Under the pieces are notes generated by a model that ran no database searches, was not told the origin of the DNA, and saw only the letters and a list, made by a program, of their open reading frames with translations. From Acidobacteriota bacterium (lineage in GTDB: Bacteria > Acidobacteriota > Thermoanaerobaculia > Multivoradales > Multivoraceae), in the NCBI GenBank assembly GCA_029263415.1, contig JAJCXN010000023.1, positions 20,376 through 84,375 on the forward strand: a DNA stretch of 64,000 nt, in the 5' to 3' direction. The position numbers and the translations under genes were made by a program. How positions within the stretch are numbered: the first letter of the stretch is position 1; every line of letters starts with the position of its first letter. This document shows positions 39,048-49,525 of the stretch, in pieces.

Positions 39048-40319
39048 TCAAGTGGAAACGCCGTTTCGCTCGAGTCGAGCCTGGAGCGCGAAACACCAGA
39101 GTAATGGCAGCACCGTCATCGCGGGGACCATATAGCGCACCAGGCTGTTGAACAGACTGGCAAAGAGCCAGTGATAAAGCACAATCAGGATGCAAAGTGC
39201 CGGGCCCCAAAACTTCAAGCCGGTGCCCGCTCCAGCGGCGCGCAGCTGTTGGCGTGCAATGTAATAGAGGCTAAGCAGGCTCGGTAGTACGAGCAGGATC
39301 GCCAGCACGCCGCCCGCCATCTCAATGGTCTTGTTCTGGGAATCCGTGCCGTACCAAGCGCGACGCACCTTGAGTGCGTAAAGCTGGACCACGGCCAGCG
39401 GATCACGCGCGAATTCTGCCACTAGGAAACGGCGAAACGCGCCTCGCTCGTTCAAGGTGGTGTATTGCTCGCCGATCCTGCTCTGGAATTCTTCGAGACG
39501 AGGGCCAAACGCCAAGGGTTCGCGAAAACTCTTGGTATTGAACGAGATCCCATCCCTGAGTGAACTAGCACCCCCGCTAGACAGTGGAATCAACTCACCC
39601 TTCTTGGCTAGGACCCAAGCCTCCCATGGCAGCAACGTCAGGAACAGGGTCAGTGCGAAGGCAAGCATCACCTGCACCTTCTGACGCCGTGCGTGCTGTC
39701 GGTAGGCACCCAGAACGACGACCACAACCACCAGGGGAAACAAGATGGCGATGGGTCGCAACAACATCATGACTGCAACCAGGAAGCCGATGAACGCCCA
39801 CCGGCTGAGATCGATCCGGTTCATCGCAACTTGCCTCAGTACAACTGTCACCACTGCCATCAACAGGGTCACATAAGGCACAACACTCAACGGTTTGAGG
39901 GTTGCGTAGGCAAGGTGGGGCATCAAGAGCACAGCGAAGCCAGCAAATGCGGCCATCGGCAACGGCACCACCAACAGCGCACATTGCAGCATGAGGACAC
40001 CGGCAAGAGACGCGGTGGTGATCGACACCAACGACGTCACCGTGACGCGCTCGATACCCAGCCGATCAGCAGTTGCAAACTGCGCAGCCAACAGCAGCGG
40101 GAACAGCGGTGGATAGCGATCGCTAACAGTGCCATCTTCTCCGAGGAAGCCCCGGCCCTCTAGGAGACCTTTGGTCTGCAGCTCGTAGTCCATGACAGTG
40201 GCGGCTCGCCAATGATTCGGAACTAACCCGTGGAACACCATCAGCAACAGACACCCAATCAACCAGAAACCTAGGATCTGGCGTGGCTGCACCGCTGCAT
40301 TCGAGCCCCTCTGATCCAT
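39048..40319 (-). CDS. Polytopic membrane protein, GT-C (ArnT/PMT-like) glycosyltransferase candidate
   Basis: About 10-11 TM segments; DRYPPLFPLLLA, LLRP and C-terminal RYMVP motifs typical of GT-C-like proteins. Confidence 0.6.
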   Translation of the reverse strand: MDQRGSNAAVQPRQILGFWLIGCLLLMVFHGLVPNHWRAATVMDYELQTKGLLEGRGFLGEDGTVSDRYPPLFPLLLAAQFATADRLGIERVTVTSLVSITTASLAGVLMLQCALLVVPLPMAAFAGFAVLLMPHLAYATLKPLSVVPYVTLLMAVVTVVLRQVAMNRIDLSRWAFIGFLVAVMMLLRPIAILFPLVVVVVVLGAYRQHARRQKVQVMLAFALTLFLTLLPWEAWVLAKKGELIPLSSGGASSLRDGISFNTKSFREPLAFGPRLEEFQSRIGEQYTTLNERGAFRRFLVAEFARDPLAVVQLYALKVRRAWYGTDSQNKTIEMAGGVLAILLVLPSLLSLYYIARQQLRAAGAGTGLKFWGPALCILIVLYHWLFASLFNSLVRYMVPAMTVLPLLWCFALQARLERNGVST

Positions 40320-40330
40320 GCCCACGGAGG

Positions 40331-41110
40331 TCAAGGTGAACCCACAACTCCATCGACGGACGGCAGCCACTCGCGTGGGTCGAGCGGCTCACGCTGCAGC
40401 ACCTGCTCGATCAGTCTCCGCGAGTCCATCGCAACGATGTTGCCTTGCGCCAGGCCTAGGAGTTCTGATTCAGGATCGATCATCTCAACCAAGACTGCCG
40501 CTTGAGGATTGATCTCGAGAACCCTTGAGGCGACGTGCAGCGTCTTGAGGTCAGGATCCGCGAACCGAAAGTTCGCAAAGATCAAGACATACGCAGCGTC
40601 CTTGGTGCTGGCTCGATCGAGTGCTTCTGGACTGAAGGGTACGCCCTGCACGAAGTGGTAGTCAGGGTAAGGTTGCTGTCGCACGAGATCGGTAACGATC
40701 ACCACCTCGCGCTCCTTGAGCCCCTCGATCTTGCGAATCGAACGCAGCATCTCGTCAGCCACCGCGGTGTAATCGCAAACCACGATGTGGTCCTTGCACT
40801 CAACTTTCACCAATCCAAGGCGCCGACGTTCCACGAATCGCTGTACCGAGTCCGTGATAATCGCCACCAGATTGGTGAACAGATAAAAGCCGATCAAGAT
40901 GCTGAGTACAGCAACGATCCGACCCGCGCCAGTAGCTGGGTAGATGTCACCGTAGCCAACGGTCGAGGTAGTGACGATGAACCACCAAAGCGAGTCGCCA
41001 AAGTTATTGATGTTCTCGTTGGCACCGCGCTCCAGCAGGTAGAAGGCGAAGGTGCACACAACCAGGCTAACGCCGGTTACCCAGAGGACGATCTTGAGCC
41101 GAGTCTTCAT
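40331..41110 (-). CDS. 2-TM potassium channel with RCK (TrkA-N) domain
   Basis: SLWWFIVTTSTVGYGDIYP selectivity filter; KDHIVVC...LDRA.TKDA RCK domain. Confidence 0.9.
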   Translation of the reverse strand: MKTRLKIVLWVTGVSLVVCTFAFYLLERGANENINNFGDSLWWFIVTTSTVGYGDIYPATGAGRIVAVLSILIGFYLFTNLVAIITDSVQRFVERRRLGLVKVECKDHIVVCDYTAVADEMLRSIRKIEGLKEREVVIVTDLVRQQPYPDYHFVQGVPFSPEALDRASTKDAAYVLIFANFRFADPDLKTLHVASRVLEINPQAAVLVEMIDPESELLGLAQGNIVAMDSRRLIEQVLQREPLDPREWLPSVDGVVGSP

Positions 41111-41431
41111 TGTTCAAGCTTCGCGAGTCGGTGATGGAACGCTACGCTACAAGCGTTGCCTTACTCATTGACTCAAGATCCTATTCGAGGTCGTACAGCC
41201 AACTGCCACCTGAACATGACGTCACCTCCGATCCACGGGCGCCGCCACCCTGCCTGCAGCGGATCCGGGCCATCACTGAACAAGAATTGGAACTGTCAAC
41301 GTCCAAATTGGTTGAAAGCCTCGAGAGACACACTCACCCCAGCCTTCCTTTCGCTCATCGAGCTAGACACACACTCCGGCCCCGCCGTATCTAAAGGGGC
41401 TGACACACCTTGAACGCTTGGAACCCTCCTC

Positions 41432-42709
41432 TTGAAGCCACTGACCTCGACCCAGTCGCATGCTGCCTTAGCGCTCGCCATAGCAGTCGTCCTTGGCGTG
41501 GGGTGTAGCAGGGACGCCCAGGACCAAACAGCCACCATTGAGGCCAAGCCGCTCGAAAGCGTGGTCTTGCTGTCCGGCCAGATCAGAACCGCTCAGGCAA
41601 TCGAACTGCTTGCTCCCCAAGTTGGCATGTGGCCGATCCCGATCCAGTCGATCCTCGAGGACGGAACAGCGGTCAAGGCGGGCCAGTCGATCGCCGAATT
41701 CGACAGCTCCAACCTCGCCTCCGGGCTCGAGCAGAATCGTGACCGGGTCGTCGATGCTGAGAGCACCTATCTCATCACTGCGGCCCGGCTCGATGCAGAA
41801 GCGGCTGACGCCCGATTTGAAGTCGAGTCCAAACGACTTGCCCTAGAAAAGACCAAAGTGGATGCTGCGATCCCAGAAGGTCTGAAGCCCGAGCGGGAGT
41901 ATCAGACTTTGCAGCTATCGCTACGCAGGGCCGAACTCGAACTAGACACTGCATCAAGAAAGCTCGCCAACCAACTCGCCAAGGCCCAGGCTGAACTGGG
42001 CATCACGCAAGTCGAGGTTTCCAAAGCCCGCACCGAAGTTGCTCGAACAGAACAGTCGTTAGAAGTCGTGACGCTAACGGCACCTCGCGACGGCGTACTC
42101 GAGATCGCATTCAATCGAGATGAAGGGCGCCCCTTTCGATCAGGTGATAACGCTCAACCCGGAGTTCCTGTCGCTCGCTTTCCGGACTACTGCACCTTGC
42201 GGGTGGAGGCCAACCTGTTCGACGTTGACGAAGGCACAGTTGAGATCGGCGCCCAAGCCACCGTGGTTCTCGATGCTTTCCCCAATCGCCCGTTCACAGC
42301 AACCGTCACCGAGATCCAAGAGGTCGCCCAACAAACCTCTTCGCGATCCGCGCGTCGGGTCTTTAGATTGATCGCCAACCTCGAACAACCGGATGCAGAG
42401 ATCATGAAGGTCGGCATGTCGGCCCGTGTCGAGATCCGCTCGGAGCTGGCCGAGTGGCATGGCCAGCCAACGTTGGTGGTCAAACGCGAGGCGATGCGCT
42501 TCACAGGTCGTCCTCGCACAGCGGGCGCTGCCAGCGCCGACGACGTCAAGCGCACAACTACTGTCACTGCCCAGCTCAAGACCCCTACCGGATGGATTGA
42601 CGCCGAGGTAGGACGCTGCTCCACAATCGAGTGCATTGTCTTAGGCCCAGAAGCCGGAACTCGTGTCACGAGTCCCGCGCCAGCGCTTGCGACCGAGAGT
42701 GGAAGTTGA
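41432..42709 (+). CDS. Periplasmic adaptor (membrane fusion protein) 1, lipoprotein
   Basis: Lipobox LGVGC; EDGTAVKAGQSIAEFD lipoyl half, long coiled hairpin, LTAPRDG and MKVGMSARVEI. Confidence 0.85.
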   Translation: MKPLTSTQSHAALALAIAVVLGVGCSRDAQDQTATIEAKPLESVVLLSGQIRTAQAIELLAPQVGMWPIPIQSILEDGTAVKAGQSIAEFDSSNLASGLEQNRDRVVDAESTYLITAARLDAEAADARFEVESKRLALEKTKVDAAIPEGLKPEREYQTLQLSLRRAELELDTASRKLANQLAKAQAELGITQVEVSKARTEVARTEQSLEVVTLTAPRDGVLEIAFNRDEGRPFRSGDNAQPGVPVARFPDYCTLRVEANLFDVDEGTVEIGAQATVVLDAFPNRPFTATVTEIQEVAQQTSSRSARRVFRLIANLEQPDAEIMKVGMSARVEIRSELAEWHGQPTLVVKREAMRFTGRPRTAGAASADDVKRTTTVTAQLKTPTGWIDAEVGRCSTIECIVLGPEAGTRVTSPAPALATESGS

Positions 42710-43917
42710 TGCGCAAAAGGAACTTGATCGGCATCTTTCTCGTCCTAGGCGCAGCCGTACTCCTGGTCGCAGCGCGCCCGAAGGGCGAGACCTATTCCGT
42801 GACCAGTCGGCCCCTGGTGCGCTCCGCTGAGATCCGCGGCGAACTCGAAGCGGAAGACAGCTTAACTTTCGGGCCTCCAGCCAACATTCAAAGCCAGTGG
42901 AACTTCAAGATCTCGTTCATGGCGCCAGAGGGCGATCTAGTCGACGCCGGAGAGACTCTCCTTGCCTTTGACACCACGGATCTGCAACTGAGCTTGCTCG
43001 AGGCTATGTCCAAGCTCGAAACCGCCGAAACCAACCTCGAGAAGCGACTGACCAGCTCGGATCTTGAGCAGGAAGACCGCGACCTGGGACTTGCCGAGGC
43101 TGAAGCAGAGGCCGAACGCGCTCGACTAAAGGCCGAGGCTCCAGACGCTGTCATCGCATCGAAGGAACTCCAGCAGGCTCGGATCGATCTGGAAACTGCA
43201 AATCAACGGCACCACCATCTCACCGACAAAGCCGCTGCCCAGGCAGCACAAGCATCCAGCCAACTCACCAGCCTGCACTCTGAAGTGCGCAAACGTACTT
43301 CTCGAGTCGAGCAATTGCAGCGCGAGATCAACTCGATGACCGTGCTTGCTCCGTCCGGCGGCACCGTCGTCTACGAGGCCAACTGGCGGAGGGAGAAACG
43401 CAAAGTCGGAGATCAGATCAATCGCATGGACAAGGTCGTCGCTTTGCCCAATCTCGACCGCCTCAAAGCATCCGCCCAGATCGACGAAGTCTTCGCGGCC
43501 GAACTTGCCGTTGGCCAACGTGTAACCTTCGCTCTCGACGCGCTACCGGAGGACTCTTTTGAAGGTGCTATTCGCGGCATCAATCCGGCCGTCCAACAGC
43601 GATCGCGACGCGATCCCCGCATGGTCGTGCGGGTCGATATCGAGCTATTGAACCCCGACCCGTCTCGCATGCGCCCAGGCATGCGTATCCAAGGCGAGCT
43701 TGAGATCCTGCGCACCGAGGACGTGCCGACACTGCCCATCGACGGCCTCATCTGGCGCGAAGGTAAACCGATGGTCGAGGTCCAAGGATGGTTGCGCACG
43801 CGGCTCGTCGCACCTCAACTGGGTCGGCGCGACGAACACTGGGTCGAGATCACCGGCGGCTTGGCAGAGGGCGATCAAGTGATCCTCGCCAAGGGTTCAG
43901 CCGGGAGCACTTCATAG
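42709..43917 (+). CDS. Periplasmic adaptor (membrane fusion protein) 2
   Basis: TGATG coupling; N-terminal TM; PEGDLVDAGETLLAFD, VLAPSGG, MRPGMR and GLAEGDQV. Confidence 0.88.
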   Translation: MRKRNLIGIFLVLGAAVLLVAARPKGETYSVTSRPLVRSAEIRGELEAEDSLTFGPPANIQSQWNFKISFMAPEGDLVDAGETLLAFDTTDLQLSLLEAMSKLETAETNLEKRLTSSDLEQEDRDLGLAEAEAEAERARLKAEAPDAVIASKELQQARIDLETANQRHHHLTDKAAAQAAQASSQLTSLHSEVRKRTSRVEQLQREINSMTVLAPSGGTVVYEANWRREKRKVGDQINRMDKVVALPNLDRLKASAQIDEVFAAELAVGQRVTFALDALPEDSFEGAIRGINPAVQQRSRRDPRMVVRVDIELLNPDPSRMRPGMRIQGELEILRTEDVPTLPIDGLIWREGKPMVEVQGWLRTRLVAPQLGRRDEHWVEITGGLAEGDQVILAKGSAGSTS

Positions 43918-45239
43918 TGTTCACTTCGCGCTTGATCCCTTCCCACTCGGTCCCTTCCCATTCTGTCCCTTCACACTCAGGTTCGGCCGTCCTCTGCATC
44001 GCTGTCACTCTCGCTCTGGCGAACACGGTGGCATGCGCTGCGCCCGAGACCGCGACGGTCAAGGCCAGCGAGCAGGCATTCGTTCACCGAGTCCGCGCCG
44101 AGGGCAACCTGGTGGCGGTTGAGTCGACCGTCATTGGGGTCCCCAGCCAAGTGCGACAGCGAGCGCGAGTGGCGTGGATTGCCGAGGACGGCATGGCGGT
44201 GGACGAAGGCGCCGTGATTCTCAAGTTCGATGCACGCGATATGGAACGCAATCTGCAGAACGCACAAGGCGATCTCACTAAGGCGCGACACGAAGGAACC
44301 AAAACCGTCAAAGACAGCGATACTCAGCTCACCGAGCTGGAGAAGAATCGCGAAATCGCGGAACTCGAGCTGAATGTGGCGGAGCGTTTTCAGTTCCAGG
44401 ATGATCAGGTCTTCTCCCGTAACCAGATCATCGAATCGCAGATCGACGGCGAACTGGCGCAAACCAGGAAAACCCATGCCACCGAAGTTGGCACCATCCG
44501 CAAGGAGTTGCGGCGATCGGACACTGCTTTAGTCGACATCAGTCGACGGCTGGCTGAGCAGCGGATCACCGAGGCCGAAGAGGGACTCACTGCACTCGAG
44601 GTGCGGGCCCCCCATCCCGGCATCCTAACCTGGACACGAGACTGGTCGGGTGAACCGATCAAAGTCGGAAGCGAGGTCTGGCAAGGTCGAGAACTCGGAA
44701 AGCTGCCACGACTGGACGAGATGCAAGCGCGTGTTTTCGTGCTCGAAGCCGACGCCAGTGGAATCGCCTTGGGGCAAGCGGCCCTAGTGACGGTTGTGTC
44801 TCGCCCCGAGAGCACTGTCGAAGCCACAGTGACCGCTGTCGATGCGGTCTCACAACAGCCCTTTCGCGGCTCACCGGTTCGCTACTTTGGCGTCACCCTG
44901 ACCCCCATCGAGACGGATCCCACCTTCATGAAACCGGGACAACGGGTGTCGGCGTTGGTGTACATCGAAGACCGCGAGCTAGCGCTGGTGGTGCCAAGAC
45001 AAGCGGTACTCCGCGACGGCAACGCGTCCTATGTATTCAAGCGCGACGGCAAGCGCTTCGAACGCACCGAAGTGGAAGTCGGACCTCGCTCGATCGCGCT
45101 GGCAGTCATCGAATCGGGCTTGAGTCCAGGAGATGAGATCGCCATCGAGCAACCGCAATCAACTGACCAGGTGCCACCCAGCCCGATTGCTGCCCCGGAC
45201 ACCACGAGCCAAACGGCCGGGCCAACCGCCGCGCCATGA
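43917..45239 (+). CDS. Periplasmic adaptor (membrane fusion protein) 3
   Basis: TAGTG coupling; TVAC possible lipobox; EDGMAVDEGAVILKFD, VRAPHPG, MKPGQRV and GLSPGDEI. Confidence 0.88.
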   Translation: MFTSRLIPSHSVPSHSVPSHSGSAVLCIAVTLALANTVACAAPETATVKASEQAFVHRVRAEGNLVAVESTVIGVPSQVRQRARVAWIAEDGMAVDEGAVILKFDARDMERNLQNAQGDLTKARHEGTKTVKDSDTQLTELEKNREIAELELNVAERFQFQDDQVFSRNQIIESQIDGELAQTRKTHATEVGTIRKELRRSDTALVDISRRLAEQRITEAEEGLTALEVRAPHPGILTWTRDWSGEPIKVGSEVWQGRELGKLPRLDEMQARVFVLEADASGIALGQAALVTVVSRPESTVEATVTAVDAVSQQPFRGSPVRYFGVTLTPIETDPTFMKPGQRVSALVYIEDRELALVVPRQAVLRDGNASYVFKRDGKRFERTEVEVGPRSIALAVIESGLSPGDEIAIEQPQSTDQVPPSPIAAPDTTSQTAGPTAAP

Positions 45240-46477
45240 ACTTCACTGAAGCTCTCCGATCGGCCCTAGCCAATCTGGGCGCGCACAAACTGCGCTCCTT
45301 ACTCACCATGCTCGGCGTCATCTTCGGCGTCGGGGCGGTGATTGCCATGCTCTCGATCGGCGCTGGTGCAGAGCGTCAAACGCTCGAAATGATCGAGCGC
45401 CTCGGTATCCGCAACGTCATCGTCAAGGCGAAGACCTTTCCCGACGATGACCTGCGCGAGATCAGACAGAAGTCTGCCGGGCTCTCCATGCGCGACGTCG
45501 ATGCCATGTTGATGTCGGTGCCCGGTGTTGAGACGGTTGCACCCAAGATCGACATTGAGCCCTACCAGGTGCTGGCGGGACGGCAAATCGCCGAGGCCAA
45601 GCTGGCTGGGGTCTCTGCTCAATATGCCGACCTAATGAGCCTGGGTCTGCAGGACGGCCGCTTCTTTGACCCCGTTGACGAGCGCCAGCATGCCCAGATC
45701 GCAGTCATCGGCCAAGGTACCCGCCGCACCCTATTCGGCTTCGACGACGCCATCGGTCGCCGTCTCAAGGTCAACGATGTCTGGCTCACCGTCGTCGGCG
45801 TGCTCAACGGCAACGCGGAAACCGAGACCGCAGACGGAATCAGCGTCGAGAACCCCGACACTTTGATCTATGTTCCCATCACCACAGCTCTAAGAAAGTT
45901 CGATCGTCGACCGCTGGACTCGCCGCTCAGCGAGATCATCGTCAAGCTCAAAGACGAGCTGCCGATGGAAGCGTCGATATCGACTGGCAGGGTGCTCGAA
46001 CAACTGTTGAGTCAGTTGCACGGTGCAGCAGAGGACTATGAGATCGTAGTGCCTCAGACTTTGCTCGCGCAAAGCAGGCGGACTCAGAGGCTGTTCAACA
46101 TCGTCATGGGTTCGATTGCCGGCATCTCGTTGCTGGTCGGCGGCATCGGCATCATGAACATCATGCTGGCCACGGTCCTCGAACGAACCCGTGAGATCGG
46201 CGTGCGGCGAGCAGTGGGCGCCAAAAAGAAGGACATCCTGATTCAGTTCTTGGTCGAGTCCTTCACCATCAGTGGGCTGGGCGGATTGGTGGGCGTGGTC
46301 TTGGGCGTCACCATCGCTAAACTGATCGCGCTGTCGGCTGGCTGGCCCACGCTGGTTACGCTGAGTTCGGTCTTGCTAGCGACCCTGGTGTCGCTAGCGG
46401 TCGGCATGGTGAGCGGGATCTACCCGGCCCGGCGAGCCGCCGAACTGGATCCAATCGAATCTCTGCGCTATGAATAG
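45236..46477 (+). CDS. MacB/FtsX-family ABC transporter permease
   Basis: [54 protein letters not shown] and [17 protein letters not shown]. Confidence 0.95.
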   Translation: MNFTEALRSALANLGAHKLRSLLTMLGVIFGVGAVIAMLSIGAGAERQTLEMIERLGIRNVIVKAKTFPDDDLREIRQKSAGLSMRDVDAMLMSVPGVETVAPKIDIEPYQVLAGRQIAEAKLAGVSAQYADLMSLGLQDGRFFDPVDERQHAQIAVIGQGTRRTLFGFDDAIGRRLKVNDVWLTVVGVLNGNAETETADGISVENPDTLIYVPITTALRKFDRRPLDSPLSEIIVKLKDELPMEASISTGRVLEQLLSQLHGAAEDYEIVVPQTLLAQSRRTQRLFNIVMGSIAGISLLVGGIGIMNIMLATVLERTREIGVRRAVGAKKKDILIQFLVESFTISGLGGLVGVVLGVTIAKLIALSAGWPTLVTLSSVLLATLVSLAVGMVSGIYPARRAAELDPIESLRYE

Positions 46478-47180
46478 CCTGATCCAGCTCAATGCGGTCG
46501 AGCGCCACTACCATCTCGGCGGCGAAACCGTGCGCGCGCTCGACGGCGTTTCTTGCTCGATCGCTCAAGGCGAGTACGTCGCGATCATGGGCAAGTCGGG
46601 TTCGGGCAAGTCCACGCTGATGAACATCATCGGCTGCTTGGACACCCCAACCGGCGGCAACTACCAACTTGCTGAGCGAGGCGTCGAAACCCTCGACGAT
46701 GACGAACTGGCGCAGCTGCGCAACGACGTACTCGGCTTCGTCTTCCAAAGTTTCAATCTGCTGCCTCGCTTGGACGCGGTCGACAACGTCGCGCTTCCTC
46801 TGATCTATCGCGAGGGCGAGCAGCGCACGACTCCTCCCGAACGCCGAACATTGGCTAAAGCAGCCCTTGAACGCGTTGGTCTCGGTGATCGAGGCGATCA
46901 CCTGCCCAACCAACTTTCAGGCGGTCAGCGCCAGCGAGTGGCTATCGCCCGAGCTTTGGTCAATCAACCCAAGGTCCTGCTCGCCGACGAGCCGACCGGC
47001 AATTTGGACTCTAAGACCTCTAAAGAAATCATGGCCTTGTTCGACCAACTAGCGGAGGCGGGTACCACCGTTGTCCTGGTAACCCACGAAGACGACGTCG
47101 CCGACCATGCTCACAGAGTGGTAGAACTGCGCGATGGACGGATTCTGCGAGACCAAACGACCCGCAACGGCTCTGCCTGA
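46470..47180 (+). CDS. ABC transporter ATP-binding protein (MacB/LolD type)
   Basis: [35 protein letters not shown] and VTHE. Confidence 0.95.
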   Translation: MNSLIQLNAVERHYHLGGETVRALDGVSCSIAQGEYVAIMGKSGSGKSTLMNIIGCLDTPTGGNYQLAERGVETLDDDELAQLRNDVLGFVFQSFNLLPRLDAVDNVALPLIYREGEQRTTPPERRTLAKAALERVGLGDRGDHLPNQLSGGQRQRVAIARALVNQPKVLLADEPTGNLDSKTSKEIMALFDQLAEAGTTVVLVTHEDDVADHAHRVVELRDGRILRDQTTRNGSA

Positions 47181-47219
47181 CGTCAGCCACTTGACCACAA
47201 GACGTGATCGGGTGATGCC

Positions 47220-48359
47220 ATGACCAGATCGCGCCTCACCATTGGCGTCGACATCAGCGAAACCGAAGGCAACATGACCGGCGTCGGCCGCTACACCATG
47301 GACCTGCTCAAGGTCTGGCTCGGCCCATTGGCACAAAGCGACGCCAGCTCTTGCGAGAGTGCCGACTTCGTGCTGTTTGCACGCGACCATGATCGGGTGC
47401 CGCGTGCCCTTCACGACTCCGCGAAGGTGGTCGCATCGACCGATGGCAGCACGAGCAACCGGGGCGTGGTCGGTTGGCAACAGCTTGCTCTGCCCGGCCT
47501 ACTTCGCAAGAACCCAGTCGACGTACTGTTCTGTCCCGCCTATGCAATTCCGCTGATTTCGAAGACCCCTGCGGTGGTCGCACTTCACGACCTTTCGTTC
47601 GAGCGTGATCCGTCTGCATTCAGTCGCAAAGAAGCTTTACGCAGGCGGTTCCTAGCGCGCCGATCAGCACGTAAGGCGGCGGGAATCGTCACCATCTCCA
47701 ATTTTTCGAGGTCCGAGATCGAGGCCCTCTATCGAGTCGATCGAGAACGGATCTTGATGGCCTACCCGAGCTGCGATCGGTCTGTGTTCAAACCAAGAGA
47801 AGTGACCATGGGCCGCAGCGCGGGTTCTGAGAAACCCTATTTCCTGTCGGTGGGAACACTGCTCGAACGGCGCCACTTAGATGTTCTGATTCGGAGTTTC
47901 GCTGCTCTTGAACCGCAGTATCGTGACCACGACCTGGTGATCGTCGGCGGCAACCAGACGCGCCCGCAGATCGACTTCGCAGCTATCGCCCACGCAGCGG
48001 GGGTGGGTGATCGCGTTCGCTTTCACAGTCACGTTTCTGAGCAAGAGCTGGTCGATCTCTACCAAAACACCACGCTGCTAGTTTCGCTCTCAAGCTATGA
48101 AGGATTCGGTCTGCCGGTACTAGAGGCCGTCTGTTGTGGCGCGCCCACCCTGGTGCTGGGAACACCGGTCTACCGAGAGCTGTGGTCAGGCCACCTGCCG
48201 ATGGTCGAAACGACCGAGGTGGAAGCGGTTACGGCGGCCATGCACGCTGCCGCGGGTCGACCGCCAGACGATGACCGAGAGCTCACATTTGCCCTGAATC
48301 GGTTTGATCAGCAGTTCGAAGCCGCTAAAGTACTTGGGTTTCTGTGTTCACACGCTTAG
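47220..48359 (+). CDS. GT4 family glycosyltransferase
   Basis: TGVGRY, VVALHDL, TISNFS, VGTLLERR and YEGFGLPVLEA. Confidence 0.9.
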   Translation: MTRSRLTIGVDISETEGNMTGVGRYTMDLLKVWLGPLAQSDASSCESADFVLFARDHDRVPRALHDSAKVVASTDGSTSNRGVVGWQQLALPGLLRKNPVDVLFCPAYAIPLISKTPAVVALHDLSFERDPSAFSRKEALRRRFLARRSARKAAGIVTISNFSRSEIEALYRVDRERILMAYPSCDRSVFKPREVTMGRSAGSEKPYFLSVGTLLERRHLDVLIRSFAALEPQYRDHDLVIVGGNQTRPQIDFAAIAHAAGVGDRVRFHSHVSEQELVDLYQNTTLLVSLSSYEGFGLPVLEAVCCGAPTLVLGTPVYRELWSGHLPMVETTEVEAVTAAMHAAAGRPPDDDRELTFALNRFDQQFEAAKVLGFLCSHA

Positions 48360-48667
48360 ACGATCGATGTCCGTTCGACTAGGGCCTAAGGGTGCTCAAG
48401 GCGCAAGGCGCAGGGCACTTTCTCGACTTCTTGGACCTCTGTCCCCTTTGCCCCTCGGTCGATATGTGGGGTACCACCTCAACTCAACAATAAGTCGGGG
48501 ACTGGACCCTTTGGCTCCAATTCGAGCCGCGAGAGCAACCCATTACCTCTTCAACTCAACTGACGGCGGCGCCAACCGGATCCAGCCACGCCGGACCAGC
48601 TCAAGCCAGGCCGGAGCCTGCTGCGGCTGACGCTCCCCTGCCGGAGAAGACCGCAAACCGCCCCAAG

Positions 48668-49495
48668 GTGGATGTAGTGGATGTAAAGGTGGATGTAGTG
48701 GTCGTGCACTACAACGCGCCCGAAGCGTTGAAGGAGTGCCTCGAGCCATTGACCAGCGAGCTTGGATTCAATGCTTCGCTGTCATTGACCGTAGTTGACA
48801 ACGACCAAGAATCGCCAGCGCTAGGGGTGCGCGCCCAACTTGACGCGCTGGAACGGGCGCGCTTTATCGTCAGGCCCAGCAACGACGGGTTCGGTGCCGG
48901 CTCCAACATTGGCGCGCGCGATGGTTCTGCCTCTCACCTATTGTTTCTGAATCCCGACTGCATCATCGAACCCAAAGACATCGAGATTCTGAGCCGCACC
49001 CTCGATCAGGATCCGAGTCTGGTCGCGGTTGGCCCGCGCATTGAGCGACCCAACGGTTTGCCGGAGATCTCCTGGGCGCATCACCCCGGTTTTCTCTGGG
49101 AGGCCCGACGTCGCAGGTTATGGCTAGCCCTCAAGCGGCAAGAACCGTGGGCGATCTCCAAAGCAATGGAGTTGGTCTCCCAAGCGCGGACGGTTGAATG
49201 GCTGACCGCAGCATGCCTGATGGTGAGACGCGATGTCTTCGAAACCGTGGGCGGCTTCGACGAAGACTTCTTCCTTTATTTCGAAGACGCCGACCTAGGG
49301 GTAAGGCTAGGGCAACAGGGCAAGATCCGTTTCGAGCCGAAAGCTGTCGCCTGCCATCGCGGAGGCGCTAGCACCGCGAAAGACGATCCCCAGGCCTTGC
49401 TGCACTATCGTGCGAGCCAAAAGCTCTACTACCTCAAACATCGCCCGTTGTGGGAGCGGCTCGCTCTACGACTGTGGCGCCTGCTCAACCCATAA
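48668..49495 (+). CDS. GT2 family glycosyltransferase (WbbL/rhamnosyltransferase-like)
   Basis: VVVVHYN, VVDND, NDGFGAGSN, LFLNPD, GGFDEDFFLYFEDADL and HRGGAS. Confidence 0.9.
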   Translation: MDVVDVKVDVVVVHYNAPEALKECLEPLTSELGFNASLSLTVVDNDQESPALGVRAQLDALERARFIVRPSNDGFGAGSNIGARDGSASHLLFLNPDCIIEPKDIEILSRTLDQDPSLVAVGPRIERPNGLPEISWAHHPGFLWEARRRRLWLALKRQEPWAISKAMELVSQARTVEWLTAACLMVRRDVFETVGGFDEDFFLYFEDADLGVRLGQQGKIRFEPKAVACHRGGASTAKDDPQALLHYRASQKLYYLKHRPLWERLALRLWRLLNP

Positions 49496-49525
49496 GGGCG
49501 CGTACCGACTGCCCTCCATCGCACT

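Noticed and set aside
48360-48667. Separate gene between the two glycosyltransferases (48304-48630 ORF)
   Set aside because: No motif, and it overlaps the GT4 end. The GT2 frame is open from 48494, so this may only be a non-canonical N-terminal extension.
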